DNA from: Eledone cirrhosa
Taxonomy: Eukaryota
Direction: 5' to 3'
Length of the DNA stretch: 64,000 nt
NCBI GenBank assembly: GCA_964016885.1
Contig: OZ024741.1
Span: 27,714,001-27,778,000, forward strand
In this document: piece by piece, positions 39,373 through 53,936 of the stretch
Numbering within the stretch: position 1 is the first letter of the stretch
Layout: each line of letters opens with the position of its first letter
Program-made: the position numbers and the translations under genes
The notes under the pieces: generated by a model
The model's database searches: none
What the model saw: only the letters and a program-made list of their open reading frames with translations
What the model was told of the DNA's origin: nothing

Positions 39373-41603
39373 CATCATCATCTTCGTTTAACGTCCATAT
39401 TCCACGCTAGCATGGGTTTGGACGGGAGGTTTCCCACTTGAGGCAAGAGTGGTTGTCTTGCTCGCATAGGACTGTCTGGCGTGTTTTCTACGGCTGGATG
39501 CCCTTCCTAACACCAACCAAATTTACAGTGTGGAACTGAGAGGTTTTTACCGTGTTACCTACACGGCCACATTACAGCGTGGACTGTGTGTTTTTTGTCG
39601 TGACACCTACATGACCTCATTTGTTTCGGGCTGGATGTTGTGGTACCAACATAACTTTACATTGAAAGGGGTGGTGTGGATGGGGTGGGGGTAGTGGTAC
39701 GGGGGTGTATTTTGTTAGAGGTGCCTACTGACTGTAGTAGGTTTCACTTTGCACTTAGGTAAGGCGGTCTTCTGTATTACTGTGTAGCGCCAAAGATCTC
39801 GGTCCAGTGACATTGTCTTGGAGAGGTGTAAGTGTGTGAGGTCGGAATTTATCAAGTCATCCCAGGTTTTTCTGGGTCTGTCTACTCCGTGGCTACCGTC
39901 TATTTTGATCGCCATGCACTTTTTTATACAGCTGTCGTCTTTCATGCGCATCACGTGACCATACCAACGTAGTCTTCTCTCGAGTAAACAACATCTGATC
40001 CCTCTTATTTCTAATTTTTTCCTTAGTTCGTTTATGCTTTGCCATTCACGTATATTACTATTACACATCCAGCGGAGCATGCAAGCTTCGTTTCTCTCCA
40101 GTCTGCGTATATCCTCTGCACACAATGCCCAGGTCTCACTGCCATGCAACATTGCTGTTCGTATGCAGGCATCATACAGCCTGCCTTTCATTTTTAGAGA
40201 GAACCCTTTAGCGGCCAATAGTGGTATAAGCTCTCTGAACTTTTTCCATCCCGTTCTGACTCTAGCTACTGTACTTTCAGAGCACCCTCCCCCACTGCTG
40301 ATTTTATCACCCAGGTAACGGAAGCTGTCCACTATTTCTATAGAACCATCTGTGCAATGGGATGAGTTAGTATTCTGTCGGCACTTGCTGCTACTTATTG
40401 CACTAGAGCACCGGCAACATATAAAATCTATATTCTTAGTTAACTTACCTGTGATCCCACTACACCTTTTATGTACCCATACTTTGCATTTGGGACATAA
40501 AATGGAGTTTCTACCTACTCCTTTCCTACACACTGAGCATGGCCATTTCCCAGATGGGACCGGTGCCCTATTTTCCTTCCTACAAACTAGAACTTTAGTC
40601 TTAGACAAGTTAACTTTAAGGCCTTTTGATTCTAGGCCATGCTTCCATGTTTGGAATTTCTTCTCTAGTTCAGCCATTGATTCAGCTATGAGCGTTAGAT
40701 CGTCTGCATATAGGAGTTCCCATGGGCAGCCGGTCTTGAACTCCTCTGTTATAGCCTGAAGGGCAATAATAAGTAGTAGGGGGCTAAGGACGGAGCCCTG
40801 ATGAACACCAACTTTTACGCTAAACTCTTCACTATATTCGTTGTTAATTCTAACCTTGCTGACTGTTTCTTTATACATGGCTTGTATAGCTCTCACATGC
40901 CATTCATCAACACCTAGTTTTCTAAGGGCCCACCAGATAATCGAGCAGGGTACTCTGTCAAAGGCTTTCTCCAAGTCAACAAAAGCTAAGTATAGGGGTT
41001 TACTTTTAGCTAGGTACTTCTCCTGTAGTTGTCGTACAATGAAAAGAGCGTCTGTGGTACTTTTACCTGACACAAACCCGAACTGCATTTCGTCTAGATC
41101 AATTCGCTCTCTGATTAGTTGCGCTATTACTTTTTCTGTGACCTTCATGACCTGGTTAATTAATTTAATGCCTCTATAGTTTCCCCTATCTAGGGCATCA
41201 CCTTTACCCTTGTAGCAGTTAATGATGATGCTGCTGCGCCAGTCCTTCGGAACAACCCCATTCTGTATGACTTGGTTTACTATCCGGGTGACCATGGTGT
41301 GTCCCACCATTCCAGAGGCTTTCAGCATTTCGGCAACTATTTCTGAAGGCCCAGCCGCCTTACCCGTCTTCATGTCTTTGATTGCCTTACTTATTATACT
41401 ACCTTCAACTTGCACTGCTGGTCCCTCTATTGGGTCGATGTGGGGGAGACTGTCTTTCTCCCAATTATTCTCCTCATTTAGTAGCCTTTCGTAGTGACAC
41501 TTCCAAGCTACCTTCTTATCAGTGTCAGTGATGGCAAGTACACCATCATCATTTAGGACACACTTCTCCCCGACAATATCACTGTTCCTTGACACATTGC
41601 CTC
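39373..41603 (-). mobile_element. RTE LINE copy F, 5'-truncated; RT region open (39715-41595)
   Basis: 626-aa ORF with YADD; 3'UTR and tail. Confidence 0.92.
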
Positions 41604-42004
41604 AATAAGTGCATATTGAGAGATTTTTTAAGGTCCTTTTACGAGATCCCAAGTCTTTTACTTTTAATACGTAAATTATAAATTATCTAATTTTTAACCT
41701 TCAATCCCTGACTCTCAGGACATTTTCAAATTCTCTTAACTCCCCATAACTCATCCCTTTTACAATTCCGACAACTAATATAAAAGAGCCCCCTTAGAAT
41801 ATAGACCCCAAATATACAAGCGGAGCTGCTGATGTATACCACAATTTCAAACTGCTAGTCTTAAGTGATACGTTGATGTAAATAATGATCTTACAATCAC
41901 ATGTTATATGCCTTGAAAAGTCCCACCATATGGTCGGACGAAACGGCTGTCGGCAATAAACTTGTTATAATGTCATAATAGTTCCTTTGTTCTTTTTCAT
42001 TAAT
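41604..42004 (+). mobile_element. Penelope-like element terminal remnant
   Basis: Hammerhead motif followed by AATAAA; upstream sequence weakly resembles a GIY-YIG C-terminus (FYEIP...TFNP). Confidence 0.55.
41907..41958 (+). ncRNA. Minimal type I hammerhead ribozyme, U3:A8 core variant
   Basis: TGCC-TTGAAAA-GTCC[cACCATATGGTc]GGAC-GAAA-CGGCTG-TC-GGCA; all three stems are in register. Confidence 0.75.
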
Positions 42005-42697
<693 letters not shown>

Positions 42698-45600
42698 ATA
42701 ACCCCATCCCCCCCCCCCCCGCGCCCCACCGCTCCCACCCTCCAAACGCAATCCAAAACTTCAGAGTTGGTACCATGAATGTAGGCACCTTAAAGGGTCG
42801 CTCTAACGAGGTTGTAAAAATGCTTGAACGTAAGGAGGTCGATGTTTGTTGTATTCAAGAGACCAGGTGGAGGGGAGGGTCGGCTAGATTCATCGTGGGT
42901 AAAGAACGATGCTATAAGCTTTTCTGGGTGGGAAATGACAATGGGTTGGGTGGGGTAGGAATCATGGTAGCAGAAAAGTGGGCAGATAAGATAATAGACG
43001 TAAATAGAGTGAACGACAGAATAATTAAAATAAGACTTGTCCTCAATAAAACTACGGTGACAGTAATATCTGCGTACGCACCACAATCCGGACTGCCCGG
43101 TGCTATAAAAGACAGATTCTACGAGACACTGATGCTCGCTACATCCCAAATAACCGACAGTGACTATATAGTTATTGCAGGCGACCTAAATGGTCACGTT
43201 GGACAACATTGTGACGGCTATGACGGAATCCATGGAGGCTATGGGTTCGGTACTAGAAATGAGGAAGGCTCCAGAATCCTGGAATTCTGCGACGCAAATA
43301 ACTTAACTATCTGTAACACTAACTTCAAAAAACGAGACAATCACTTGATCACCTATAGATCGGGGGAACACACAAGCCAGGTAGATTATATCCTTACCAG
43401 AAGACGTGACAGAGTGTCTGTTGTTAACACTAAATCCCTCCCCCATGAAGAATTCACCTCCCAACATAGACTGATAATTAGCGACCTCATAGTCAGGACG
43501 AGACGTACTAGACAGCGGAAGAGGACTATCCTCAGGAGAAAAATATGGAAGCTAAAGGACCCCATAGCCAGAAATAAATTTCAAAGCATATTACTTGACG
43601 CTTTCGACAGTAAGGAAGAGCAATTAGAGTCGTATAATATAGAGGAACAGTGGGAATTCCTGAGAGCAAACCTGCTGACGGTGGCAGACGAAGTCTGTGG
43701 CTGGAGCAGGCCTGTAGGTAGGAGGAGAGTAACATGGTGGTGGAACAGTAAGGTGGAGGAGTCAATTAAGGCCAAAAAGCAGGCTTGGAAAGCATGGCGG
43801 GATGGGGGAAGTAGAGAAGACTATCAAGTGGCCAGGAGGGAAGCTAGGAGACAAGTGTACTTCGCAAGAAGGGAAGCAGAGGAAAGAAAGTTCAAGCATG
43901 TTCTACAACGTGAGGACTAAAAACGTGAGGTGTTCAGGATTGCCAGGCAATGTGTCAAGGAAAACCGTGATATTGTCGGGGAGAAGTGTGTACTTAACGA
44001 TGATGGCATACTTGCCATCACCAACGCTGATAAGAAGGTAGCTTGGAAGTGTCACTACGAAAGGCTTCTAAATGAGGAGAACAAATGGGAGAAAGACAGT
44101 CTCCCCCACATCGACCCAATAGAGGGACCAGCAGTGTTAGTCCAGGGTAGTACAATAAGCAAGGCAATCAAAGATATGAAGACGGGTAAGGCGGCTGGTC
44201 CTTCGGAAATAGTTGCTGAGATGCTGAAAGCATCTGGTTCGGTGGGACACACCATGGTCACCCGGATAGTTAACCAAGTCGTACAGAATGGGGTTGTTCC
44301 GAAGGACTGGCGTAGCAGCATCATCGTTAACTGCTATAAGGGAAAAGGAGATGCCCTAGATAGGAGTAACTATAGAGGCATTAAATTAATCGACCAGGTC
44401 ATGAAGGTCACGGAAAAAGTAATAGCGCAACTAATCAGAGAGAGAATTGATCTAGATGAAATGCAGTTCGGATTTGTGTCAGGCAAAAGTACCACAGACG
44501 CTCTTTTCATTGTACGACAACTACAGGAGAAGTACCTAGCTAAAAGTAAACCCCTATACTTAGCTTTCGTCGACTTGGAGAAAGCCTTCGACAGAGTCCA
44601 CCGTTCCATTATCTGGTGGTCTCTTAGAAAACTAGGTGTTGACGAATGGCTTGTGAGAGCTATACAAGCCATGTATAAAGAAACAGTCAGCAAGGTTAGA
44701 ATTAACAACGAATATAGTGAAGAGTTTAGCGTAAAAGTTGGTGTCCATCAGGGCTCTGTTCTTAGCCCCCTACTATTTATTATTGCCCTTCAGGCTATAA
44801 CAGAGGAGTTCAAGACCGGCTGCCCATGGGAACTCCTATACGCAGATGATCTAACGCTCATAGCTGAATCAATGACCGAACTAGAGAAGAAATTCCAAAC
44901 ATGGAAGCACGGCCTAGAATCAAAAGGCCTTAAAATTAACCTGGCTAAGACTAAAGTTCTAGTTTGTAGGAAAGAAAATAAGGCGGCAGTCCCATCTGGG
45001 AAATGGCCATGCTCAGTGTGTAGGAAAGGCGTAGGTAGAAACTCCATTTTATGTCCCAAATGCAAAGTATGGGTGCATAAAAGATGTAGTGGGATCACAG
45101 GTAAGCTAACTAAGAACATAGATTTTACATGTGGCTGGTGCTCTGGTGCAATAAGTAGCAGCAAGTGCCCAAAAAATACTAGCTCCTTCAACTGCGCAGA
45201 GGGTTCTATAGAAATAGTGGACAGCTTCCGTTACCTGGGTGACAAAATCAGCAGTGGGGGAGGGTGCTCTGAAAGTACAGTAGCTAGAGTCAGAACTGGA
45301 TGGAAAAAGTTCAGAGAGCTTATACCCCTATTAGCTGCTAAAGGGTTCTCCCTAAAAATGAAAGGCAGGTTGTACGATGCCTGCATACGAACAGCAATGT
45401 TGCATGGCAGTGAGACCTGGGCATTGTGTGCAGAGGATATACGCAGACTAGAGAGGAACGAAGCTTGCATGCTCCGCTGGATGTGCAATAGTAATATACG
45501 TGAACGGCAAAGCATAAACGAACTAAGGAAAAAATTAGAAATAAGAGGGATCAGATGTTGTTTACTCGAGAGAAGGCTACGTTGGTACGGTCACGTGATG

Positions 45601-46196
45601 CGCATGAAAGACGACAGCTGTATAACAAAGTGCAGGGCAATAAAGATAGACGGTAGCCACGGAGTAGGCAGACCTAGAAAAACATGGGACGAGCTGATAA
45701 ATTCCGACCTCACATGCTTACACCTCTCCAAGACAATGTCACTGGACCGAGACCTTTGGCGGTACTCAGTAATAGAGAAGACCCGCCTTACCTAAATACA
45801 AAGTAAAAACCTACTACAGTCAGTAGGCATCTCTATCAAAACACCCCCCCCGTCCCACCACCTCCACCCCATCCACACCGCCCCTTTCAATGTAAAGTTA
45901 TGTTGGTCCCACAACATCCAGGCCGAAACAAATGAGATCGTGTAGGTGTCACGACAAAAAAACACACAGTCCACGCTGTAAATGTGGCCGTGTAGGCAAT
46001 ACGGTAAAAACCTCCCAGCCCCACACTGTAAATGTGGTTGGTGTTAGGAAGGGCATCCAGCTGTAGAAAACCCGCCAGACAGTCCTATGCGAGCAAGACA
46101 ACCACTCCTGCCTCAAGTGGGAAAACCCCCGTCCAAACCCATGCAAGCGTGGAACACGGACGCTAAACCTGATGATGATGATGATGATGATGATGA
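42698..46196 (+). mobile_element. RTE LINE copy G, near full length, in-frame TAA at 43918-43920
   Basis: APE ORF 42775-43920 and RT ORF to 45795; almost identical to copy C in inverted orientation. Confidence 0.94.
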
Positions 46197-46243
46197 TATA
46201 TATACATACACATATATATATATACATACATATATATATATAT

Positions 46244-46276
<33 letters not shown>

Positions 46277-46730
46277 CATACATACATACATATATATATA
46301 CATACATACATACATATATATATACATACATATATATATATATACATACATATATATATACATACATATATATATACATACATATATATATACATACATA
46401 TATACATACATATATACATACATACATATATATATACATACATATATATATACATACATATATACATACATACATATATACATACATACATATATACATA
46501 CATACATATATATATACATACATATATATATACATACATGTATATATACATACATATATATATACATACATATATATATACATACATATATATATACATA
46601 CATATATATATACATACATATATATATACATACATATATATATACATACATATATATATACATACATATATATATACATACATACATATATACATACATA
46701 CATATATACATACATACATACATACATACA

Positions 46731-46764
<34 letters not shown>

Positions 46765-46829
46765 CATACATACATATATACATACATACATATATACATA
46801 CATACATATATACATACATATATATATAT

Positions 46830-46860
<31 letters not shown>

Positions 46861-47011
46861 CATACATATATATATATATACATATATATATACATACATA
46901 TATATATACATACATATATATATACATACATATATATATACATACATATATATATACATACATATATATATACATACATATATATATATATATATATACA
47001 TACATATATAT

Positions 47012-47050
<39 letters not shown>

Positions 47051-47201
47051 CAAATATATATACATACATATATACATACATATATATATACATATATATA
47101 TACATACATACATATATATATATATACATATATATATATACATATATATATATATACATATATATATATACATATATATATATATACATATATATATATA
47201 C

Positions 47202-47248
<47 letters not shown>

Positions 47249-47293
47249 CAAATATATATACATACATATATATATATACATACATATATATAC

Positions 47294-47330
<37 letters not shown>

Positions 47331-47332
47331 CT
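46197..47332. repeat. ~1.1-kb (TA)n/(TACA)n microsatellite
   Basis: Direct reading. Confidence 0.97.
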
Positions 47333-47337
47333 TATAT

Positions 47338-47718
47338 GGAGGCACATGGCTTAGTGGTTAGAGCATTGGGCTTGCAATCGAAAGGTTGTGAGTTCAATTC
47401 TCAGACCGGGTGATGTGTTGTTTCCTTGAGCAAGACACTTTATTTCACATTGCTCCAGTTTACTCAGCTGTAGAAATGAGATGATAGGACTGGGGTCCCT
47501 ATCATTCCACTGCAAAGTGGTCGTGGAGGTGCCACAGCAAAAAAGCACCCAGCCCACACTGTAAAGTGGATGTGTAGGTGCCACGGAAAAAAAGCACTCA
47601 GCACTCACTGTAAATGAGGTTGGTGTTAGGAAGGGCATCCAGCTGTAGAAATCAAGCCAGAATCAGTTCCCGTCCCACCCTTGCAAGCAGGGAAAAGCGG
47701 ATGTAAAATGATGATGAT
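47338..47718 (+). mobile_element. CORE-type tRNA SINE with RTE tail, sister of 37485 with one extra 3' module
   Basis: Near-identical head and core. Confidence 0.88.
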
Positions 47719-47723
47719 ATATA

Positions 47724-48150
47724 CAGTCCCACACTGTAAACGTGATTGGTATTACAAGGAGCATCTAGCAGCTGTAAAAACCCAGCCAAAATACAGTCCC
47801 ATATGAGCAAGGTACGGTACAACCAACTGGTCAGATATGACTTATAAGTGGGATCACCCAGTCCCGCACTGTAAATGTGATTGATGTTAGCAAAGGTATT
47901 CAGAAGCCGTAAAAAGAAACAGCCAAAACACAAGTCTTGCTATGTGTAAAGTTCGGCACGGCCAACTGGCCAGACCCCTCTCCATACTGTAAAGTGGTTG
48001 GTGTTAGGAAGGGCATCTAGTTGTAAAAAAAACCCTAGCTAAAATACAGTTCTACTTGAGCAAGGTACGGCACAACCAGCTGGCCAGACTGGCCTCATGA
48101 ATGACCTGTCTAACCCAAGCATGGAAAATAAAATGTTATGTGGTGATGAA
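47724..48150 (+). mobile_element. Older RTE 3'UTR-derived modules in tandem
   Basis: Three degenerate cactgtaaa.gtg.ttggtgttag.aagggcat units and the terminal aaccca.gcatggaa motif. Confidence 0.7.
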
Positions 48151-48156
48151 GATATA

Positions 48157-48463
48157 CACGTGTGTGTGTGTGTGTTTCTGCACGTGTGTGTTTGAGCATG
48201 TGTGTGTGAGCATGTGTGTGTAAGCATGTGTGTGTGTGAGCATGTGTGTGTGTGTGTTTGAGCATTGTGTGTGTTTGAGCATGTGTGTGTGTGCATGAGC
48301 ATGTATGTGCGTGTGTGTGTGAGCATGTGTGTGTGTGTGAGCATGTGTGTATGTGAGCATGTATGTGTGTGTGTGTGTGCATGTGTGTGTATGAGTATGT
48401 GAGTGTGTGTGTGTGTGTGTGAGCATGTGTGTGTGAGCATGTGTGTGTGTGAGCATGTGTGTA
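48157..48463. repeat. (GT)n array punctuated by GAGCAT
   Basis: Direct reading. Confidence 0.9.
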
Positions 48464-50521
48464 TAGCAAATATTTGGTTGAACAAACATTAATTTGAAAA
48501 TTTGCAAGTAAAACACTGACAAAACCAAAGCCAACAAAAATGTACAAATGAATTCAATGAAACAATAAGTTCATGCAATAAAGCAGTTTACATAAATAGC
48601 AAATAGCAATCATTCTGAAATTAAATGTCAAATATTAAAAGCTGCCAAAGGACAAAGATACTTTTTAGATAATAAAATAAAGAAATAAAAATGATTAAGA
48701 AATTAGGATTTTTTTTTTTTGTTTTCATGTGTTATCAAGCACAAAGTCAACTTTGAATGAATTTGAACTCAAAATGTACAGGTCTAAAACTAAAGAGGAC
48801 AAAGTATTTGACCTTTCCATAACCATAGTTGTAAGAAATACTGTTTTAATTTCTAATTAATATTGTAGATAATCAAGGATCAAGATATCTAACTTTCTGA
48901 TTAATACTAACCCTCCCACGGCCATATTTCTAATGAAATGTTATTTCAATTACTTAATGAAGAATTTTGAGGGATTTACTAAAATTATTGATTATTTCAT
49001 TACTAAGATAGAAACTCAACATATGGTTCTTATATAAGATAATGTTGGAAGATTTTGGTTTAAATAGGAACACTTTAAAATGGGTGGTTTTGTTTCATAG
49101 AACCAGAGCTGGTTTTGGTTGGGTTGCTATCAAAATGGTTAAGCCAGCGTTTGGTGCATAATTTAATAAAAATGCTTTTACATAAAATTATAATAAAATG
49201 TTTTTAACTTAAATATAAACAGTTTTTAACGGGTAATTTTGTATTATAGAACCAGAGTTGTTTTCAGACTAGTTTGTATCAAAACGATTAAATTAGTTCA
49301 ACAAAAATATTTTGACAGTCACGTACTGATGTATCCTGATATCCCTGTCCTATACAATGGCAGGCTGTGGTATTTACCCACTGCTTCTAGTACTTTCTAA
49401 TCTAGATCCTGAATCTTACTGGATGGAAGAAAACTTTTACAATTCTTATGTAACTCAATTCAATTTTTCAGTCACAGGTGACAAAGGGGATCTTATAAAA
49501 AACATCAACAGGAGTTAAGGAGCTGATAGACACAAGGATATGAAGAGAGACTTAGATCCTATAAAGATCAGTGTTAGATTGCTGAGAGATCCTTCAGCTC
49601 CAAGTTGATCCAAAGTGAAATACAATAAATTGGAATATAATAGGTTAAGTGAAGAGTATAGAGATTATAGATGCAAGTTCCTCTCAGGACAGGAGTCAGA
49701 AACCCACAGCTTTTTAGCAATCTTGTATTAAAATAAAAGTCACAACTTATGACCCAAACAAAGAAATTTCAGTTAAGATTCCAATCCAACATTCACATTT
49801 AGTAATAGAAATGGCAGCAAACATTTTCTTGTATGTATTTTTGTTTATAATTATTTTTAAAAACTAAAAATGGCTCTTCAGATAAAAAAAAATGTTTGAC
49901 TCTTCCGCTAATAGATACAGTAAATGACAGAGTGCTTGTCTGTGGATATGACAAAGTTAAAGGCAGCTAAACTCAGATGCAGACCTTCAGATATAAGATT
50001 GCATCTAGGGTTAGCAACCCTGCAGTGTAAAAACATTTTTTGCCATGAAAACATTCACAGTTTTAAAGTTATTTTTCTTTGCCAAAGCAAAGGTCATTTT
50101 CTGCAGTAAAGTCTTGCAAGATTCATAACATGGAATCCTCTTGGAGGTGACATTTTACAGCCAGCTGCTCTTCCTAGCATTAACCCTTTTAGTCACCTCT
50201 TACAAAGATTCGATATACCTATTATAAACTGGATATGTGTGAAAATATCCACAAACTGCAGAACAAACACTTCTACCTTGAACAAGAAAGTGTGACACAC
50301 TTTTTCTCTCTGACATTGATGACATCTTCTGATTGAAGATCTTCTAAAGAAGATGGAAAGAACAAAGAAATATGAGAAGGAATTGCAGAGGAGATGAACA
50401 CTTGAAAGGTAAATGTTAATAGCCTATGCCCTAAGACGATGAGACCCTCTTTAGTTATGACTGATTATGAGTTTGCACCCGAAAAGTTTCTTTCCAAGGT
50501 GCAAACCTGGGCAAGATGTTT

Positions 50522-52765
50522 CGTGGAAAACTAGCAGTCACCAATGCATGCCAGTCTCTCTTCACCATGTCACCAACGTGGAAAACCAGCAATCACCCAT
50601 GCATGCCAATCTCACTTCATCATGCCATCAATGTGGGAAAACTAGCAGTCACCCATGCATGCCAGTCTCACTTCACCATGCCATCAATGAGGGAAGACTA
50701 GCAGTCACCCATGCATGTCAATCTCACTTCACCATGCCACTAATGTGGGAAGACTAGCAGTCACCCATGCATGCCACTCTCACTTCATCATGCCACCAAT
50801 GTGGGAAGACTAGCAGTCCCCCATGCATGCCAGTCTCACTTCACCATGCCACCAATGTGGGAAGACTAGCAGTCACCCATGCATGCCAGTCTCACTTCAC
50901 CATGCCATCAATGAGGGAAGACTAGCAGTCACCCATGCATGTCAGTCTCACTTCACCATGCCACCAATGTGGGAAGACTAGCAGTCACCCATGCATGCCA
51001 TCAATGAGGGAAGACTAGCAGTCACCCATGCATGCCAGGCTCACTTCACCATGCCACCAATGTGGGAAGACTAGCAGTCACCGATGCATGCCAGTCTCAC
51101 TTCATCATGCCATCAATGTGGGAAGACTAGCAGCCACCCATGCATGCCAGTCTCACTTCATCATGCCATCAATGTGGAAAAACTAGCAGTCAGCCATGCA
51201 TGCCAGTCTCACTTCACCATGCCACCAATGTGGGAAGACTAGCAGTCACCCATGCATGCCAGTCTCCCTTCACCATACCACCAATGTGGGAAGACTAGCA
51301 GTAACCTATGCATGCTAGTCTCACTTCATCATGCCATCAATGTGGGAAGACTAGCAGCCACCCATGCATGCCAGTCTCACTTCATCATGCCATCAATGTG
51401 GAAAAACTAGCAGTCACCCATGCATGCCAGTCTCACTTCACCATGCCACCAATGTGGGAAGACTAGCAGTCACCCATGCATGCCAGTCTCCCTTCACCAT
51501 ACCACCAATGTGGGAAGACTAGCAGTCACTCATACATACCAATCTCTCTTCACCATGTCCCCAATGTGGAAAACCAGCAGTCACCCATGCATGCCAGTCT
51601 CACTTCATCATGCCACCAATGTGGGAAGACTAGCAGTCACCCATGCATGCCAGTCTCACTTCACCATGCCACCAATGTGGGAAGACTAGCAGTCACCCAT
51701 GCATGCCAGTCTCACTTCACCATGCCATCAATGAGGGAAGACTAGCAGTCACCCATGCATGCCAGTCTCACTTCATCATGCCATCAATGTGGGAAGACTA
51801 GCAGTAACCTATGCATGCTAGTCTCACTTCATCATGCCATCAATGTGGTAAAACTAGCAGTCACCCATGCATGCCAGTCTCACTTCACCATGCCACCAAT
51901 GTGGGAAGACTAGCAGTCACCCATGCATGCCATCAATGAGGGAAGACTAGCAGTCACCCATGCATGCCAGGCTCACTTCACCATGCCACCAATGTGGGAA
52001 GACTAGCAGTCACCCATGCATGCCAGTCTCACTTCATCATGCCATCAATGTGGGAAGACTAGCAGTAACCTATGCATGCTAGTCTCACTTCATCATGCCA
52101 TCAATGTGGGAAGACTAGCAGTAACCTATGCATGCTAGTCTCACTTCATCATGCCATCAATGTGGTAAAACTAGCAGTCACCCATGCATGCCAGTCTCAC
52201 TTCACCATGCCACCAATGTGGGAAGACTAGCAGTCACCCATGCATGCCAGTCTCCCTTCACCATGCCACCAATGTGGGAAGACTAGCAGTCACTCATACA
52301 TACCAATCTCTCTTCCCCATGTCACCAATGTGGAAAACCAGCAGTCACCCATGCATGCCAGTCTCCCTTCACCATGCCACCAATGTGGGAAGACTAGCAG
52401 TCACTCATACATACCAATCTCTCTTCCCCATGTCACCAATGTGGAAAACCAGCAGTCACCCATGCATGCCAGTCTCACTTCACCATGCCATCAATGAGGG
52501 AAGACTAGCAGTCACCCATGCATGCCAGTCTCACTTCACCATGCCACCAATGTGGGAAGACTAGCAGTCACCCATGCATGCCAGTCTCACTTCACCATGC
52601 TATCAATGAGGGAAGACTAGCAGTCACCCATGCACGTCAATCTCACTTCACCATGCCACCAATGTGGGAAGACTAGCAGTCACTCATGCATGCCAGTCTC
52701 ACTTCACCATGCCACCAATGTGGGAAGACTAGCAGTCACTCATGCATGCCAGTCTCACTTGACCA
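50522..52765. repeat. 56-bp minisatellite, ~40 copies
   Basis: Unit actagcagtcacccatgcatgccagtctcacttcaccatgccaccaatgtgggaag. Confidence 0.97.
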
Positions 52766-53511
52766 TGAAACTGATGTTGCAAAGGCCAATGCAATTAGGT
52801 AGCTGTGTTGTCACTATATACATTATATATTATGTCCCAAGGAAAATGTCACAACTTACATATACACTATATTATATATGATGTTGTTCCTGGGACAGTG
52901 TTGTCACAACTCATTTTTTTTCCAGCTGAATAGATGGGTGTGTCATCAAATATAGTGTCTTGTTCAAGGGTACTATGTGCCACCTGGCCTGGCAATGAAA
53001 CTGATGTCCTTACATTCAGGAGCCCAACACTAACTAAAAGGATCTACACCTTGACCCTATACTCAACGTGGAAGATGATGGTGATGAAGATGATGATAAT
53101 AATGAAGATAATAATGAAGATAATGATGATATGGATGAGGATGATAATGAAAGGTGAAAGATGAAAAAGACATTGGCTAATGTACATAAGAGATGTGACT
53201 ATAACATATGTTGATATGTATGAACAATTCAGGGCATACTTAGTGTATTCATCACACTAACCCAACCTTTCTGAAGCTGGAACTGCAAAGGCCTCAAAAC
53301 ATTAGTACACACCAGGTGTTAGGAACATAATTGTTTTAAACCAAACATAAAAAAATAATAATGGAATATTATAAATCCTTAATAAAAATGATGTAACTGA
53401 AGCACAGTCATGTTTTCAATATAACACGTTTAAAAGAAAAACTGTTCCCTAAATATGTGTGTGTGCATGTGCGGTTGATGCATCCAGAACACACTTAAAT
53501 GTGGCTGGCAT

Positions 53512-53700
53512 TAATAATTGTTTCTAGTTTTGGCACAAGGCCAGCAATTATCCCAGTGTATTACTGGTACTTTATTTTATCGACCCCATAAGAATGAAAG
53601 GCAAAGTTAACCTCAACGGGATTTGAACTCAGACCATTAAGGGCCATAACTCTTTGCTGCAAAACATGGTGCCCGACCCTCTACCGATACTGCCAATCCA
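53512..53700 (-). mobile_element. tRNA SINE with Meta-type domain, best-preserved copy; fragments also at about 28990, 54590, 57750, 59245, 60820
   Basis: Minus strand: gagttcaaatccc B box, ctttgcctttcattcttatggggtcgataaaataaagtaccag, 3' ggccttgtgccaaa. Confidence 0.72.
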
Positions 53701-53936
53701 GAAACTGAACCAAATATGGAACATAGGCGCAAAATGAGGTTGCTGTGACCCGTCTTGGCCTTGTTTTGGGACAACCCTCCTCACCTATATCAGCTTGAAC
53801 AGAGAACATATAAGGATGATGAGATAAATCCACTAAAAATGTTCTTGAAGTAATTCATGAAGTGCATCAACAACAGCAGTGAGGCAGGTTTTAATATATT
53901 TAATTCCAGAAACAACTTGAAAAGTATTAAAGACAC

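Noticed and set aside
50467-52881. ORFs with repeated CHQCGK, resembling C2H2 zinc fingers
   Set aside because: The unit is 56 bp (not a multiple of 3), contains stops, and lacks HxxxH and TGEKP; translation artefact of the minisatellite.
53070-53165. Acidic or Met-rich ORF
   Set aside because: (GAT/AAT)n trinucleotide repeat with no splice or homology support.
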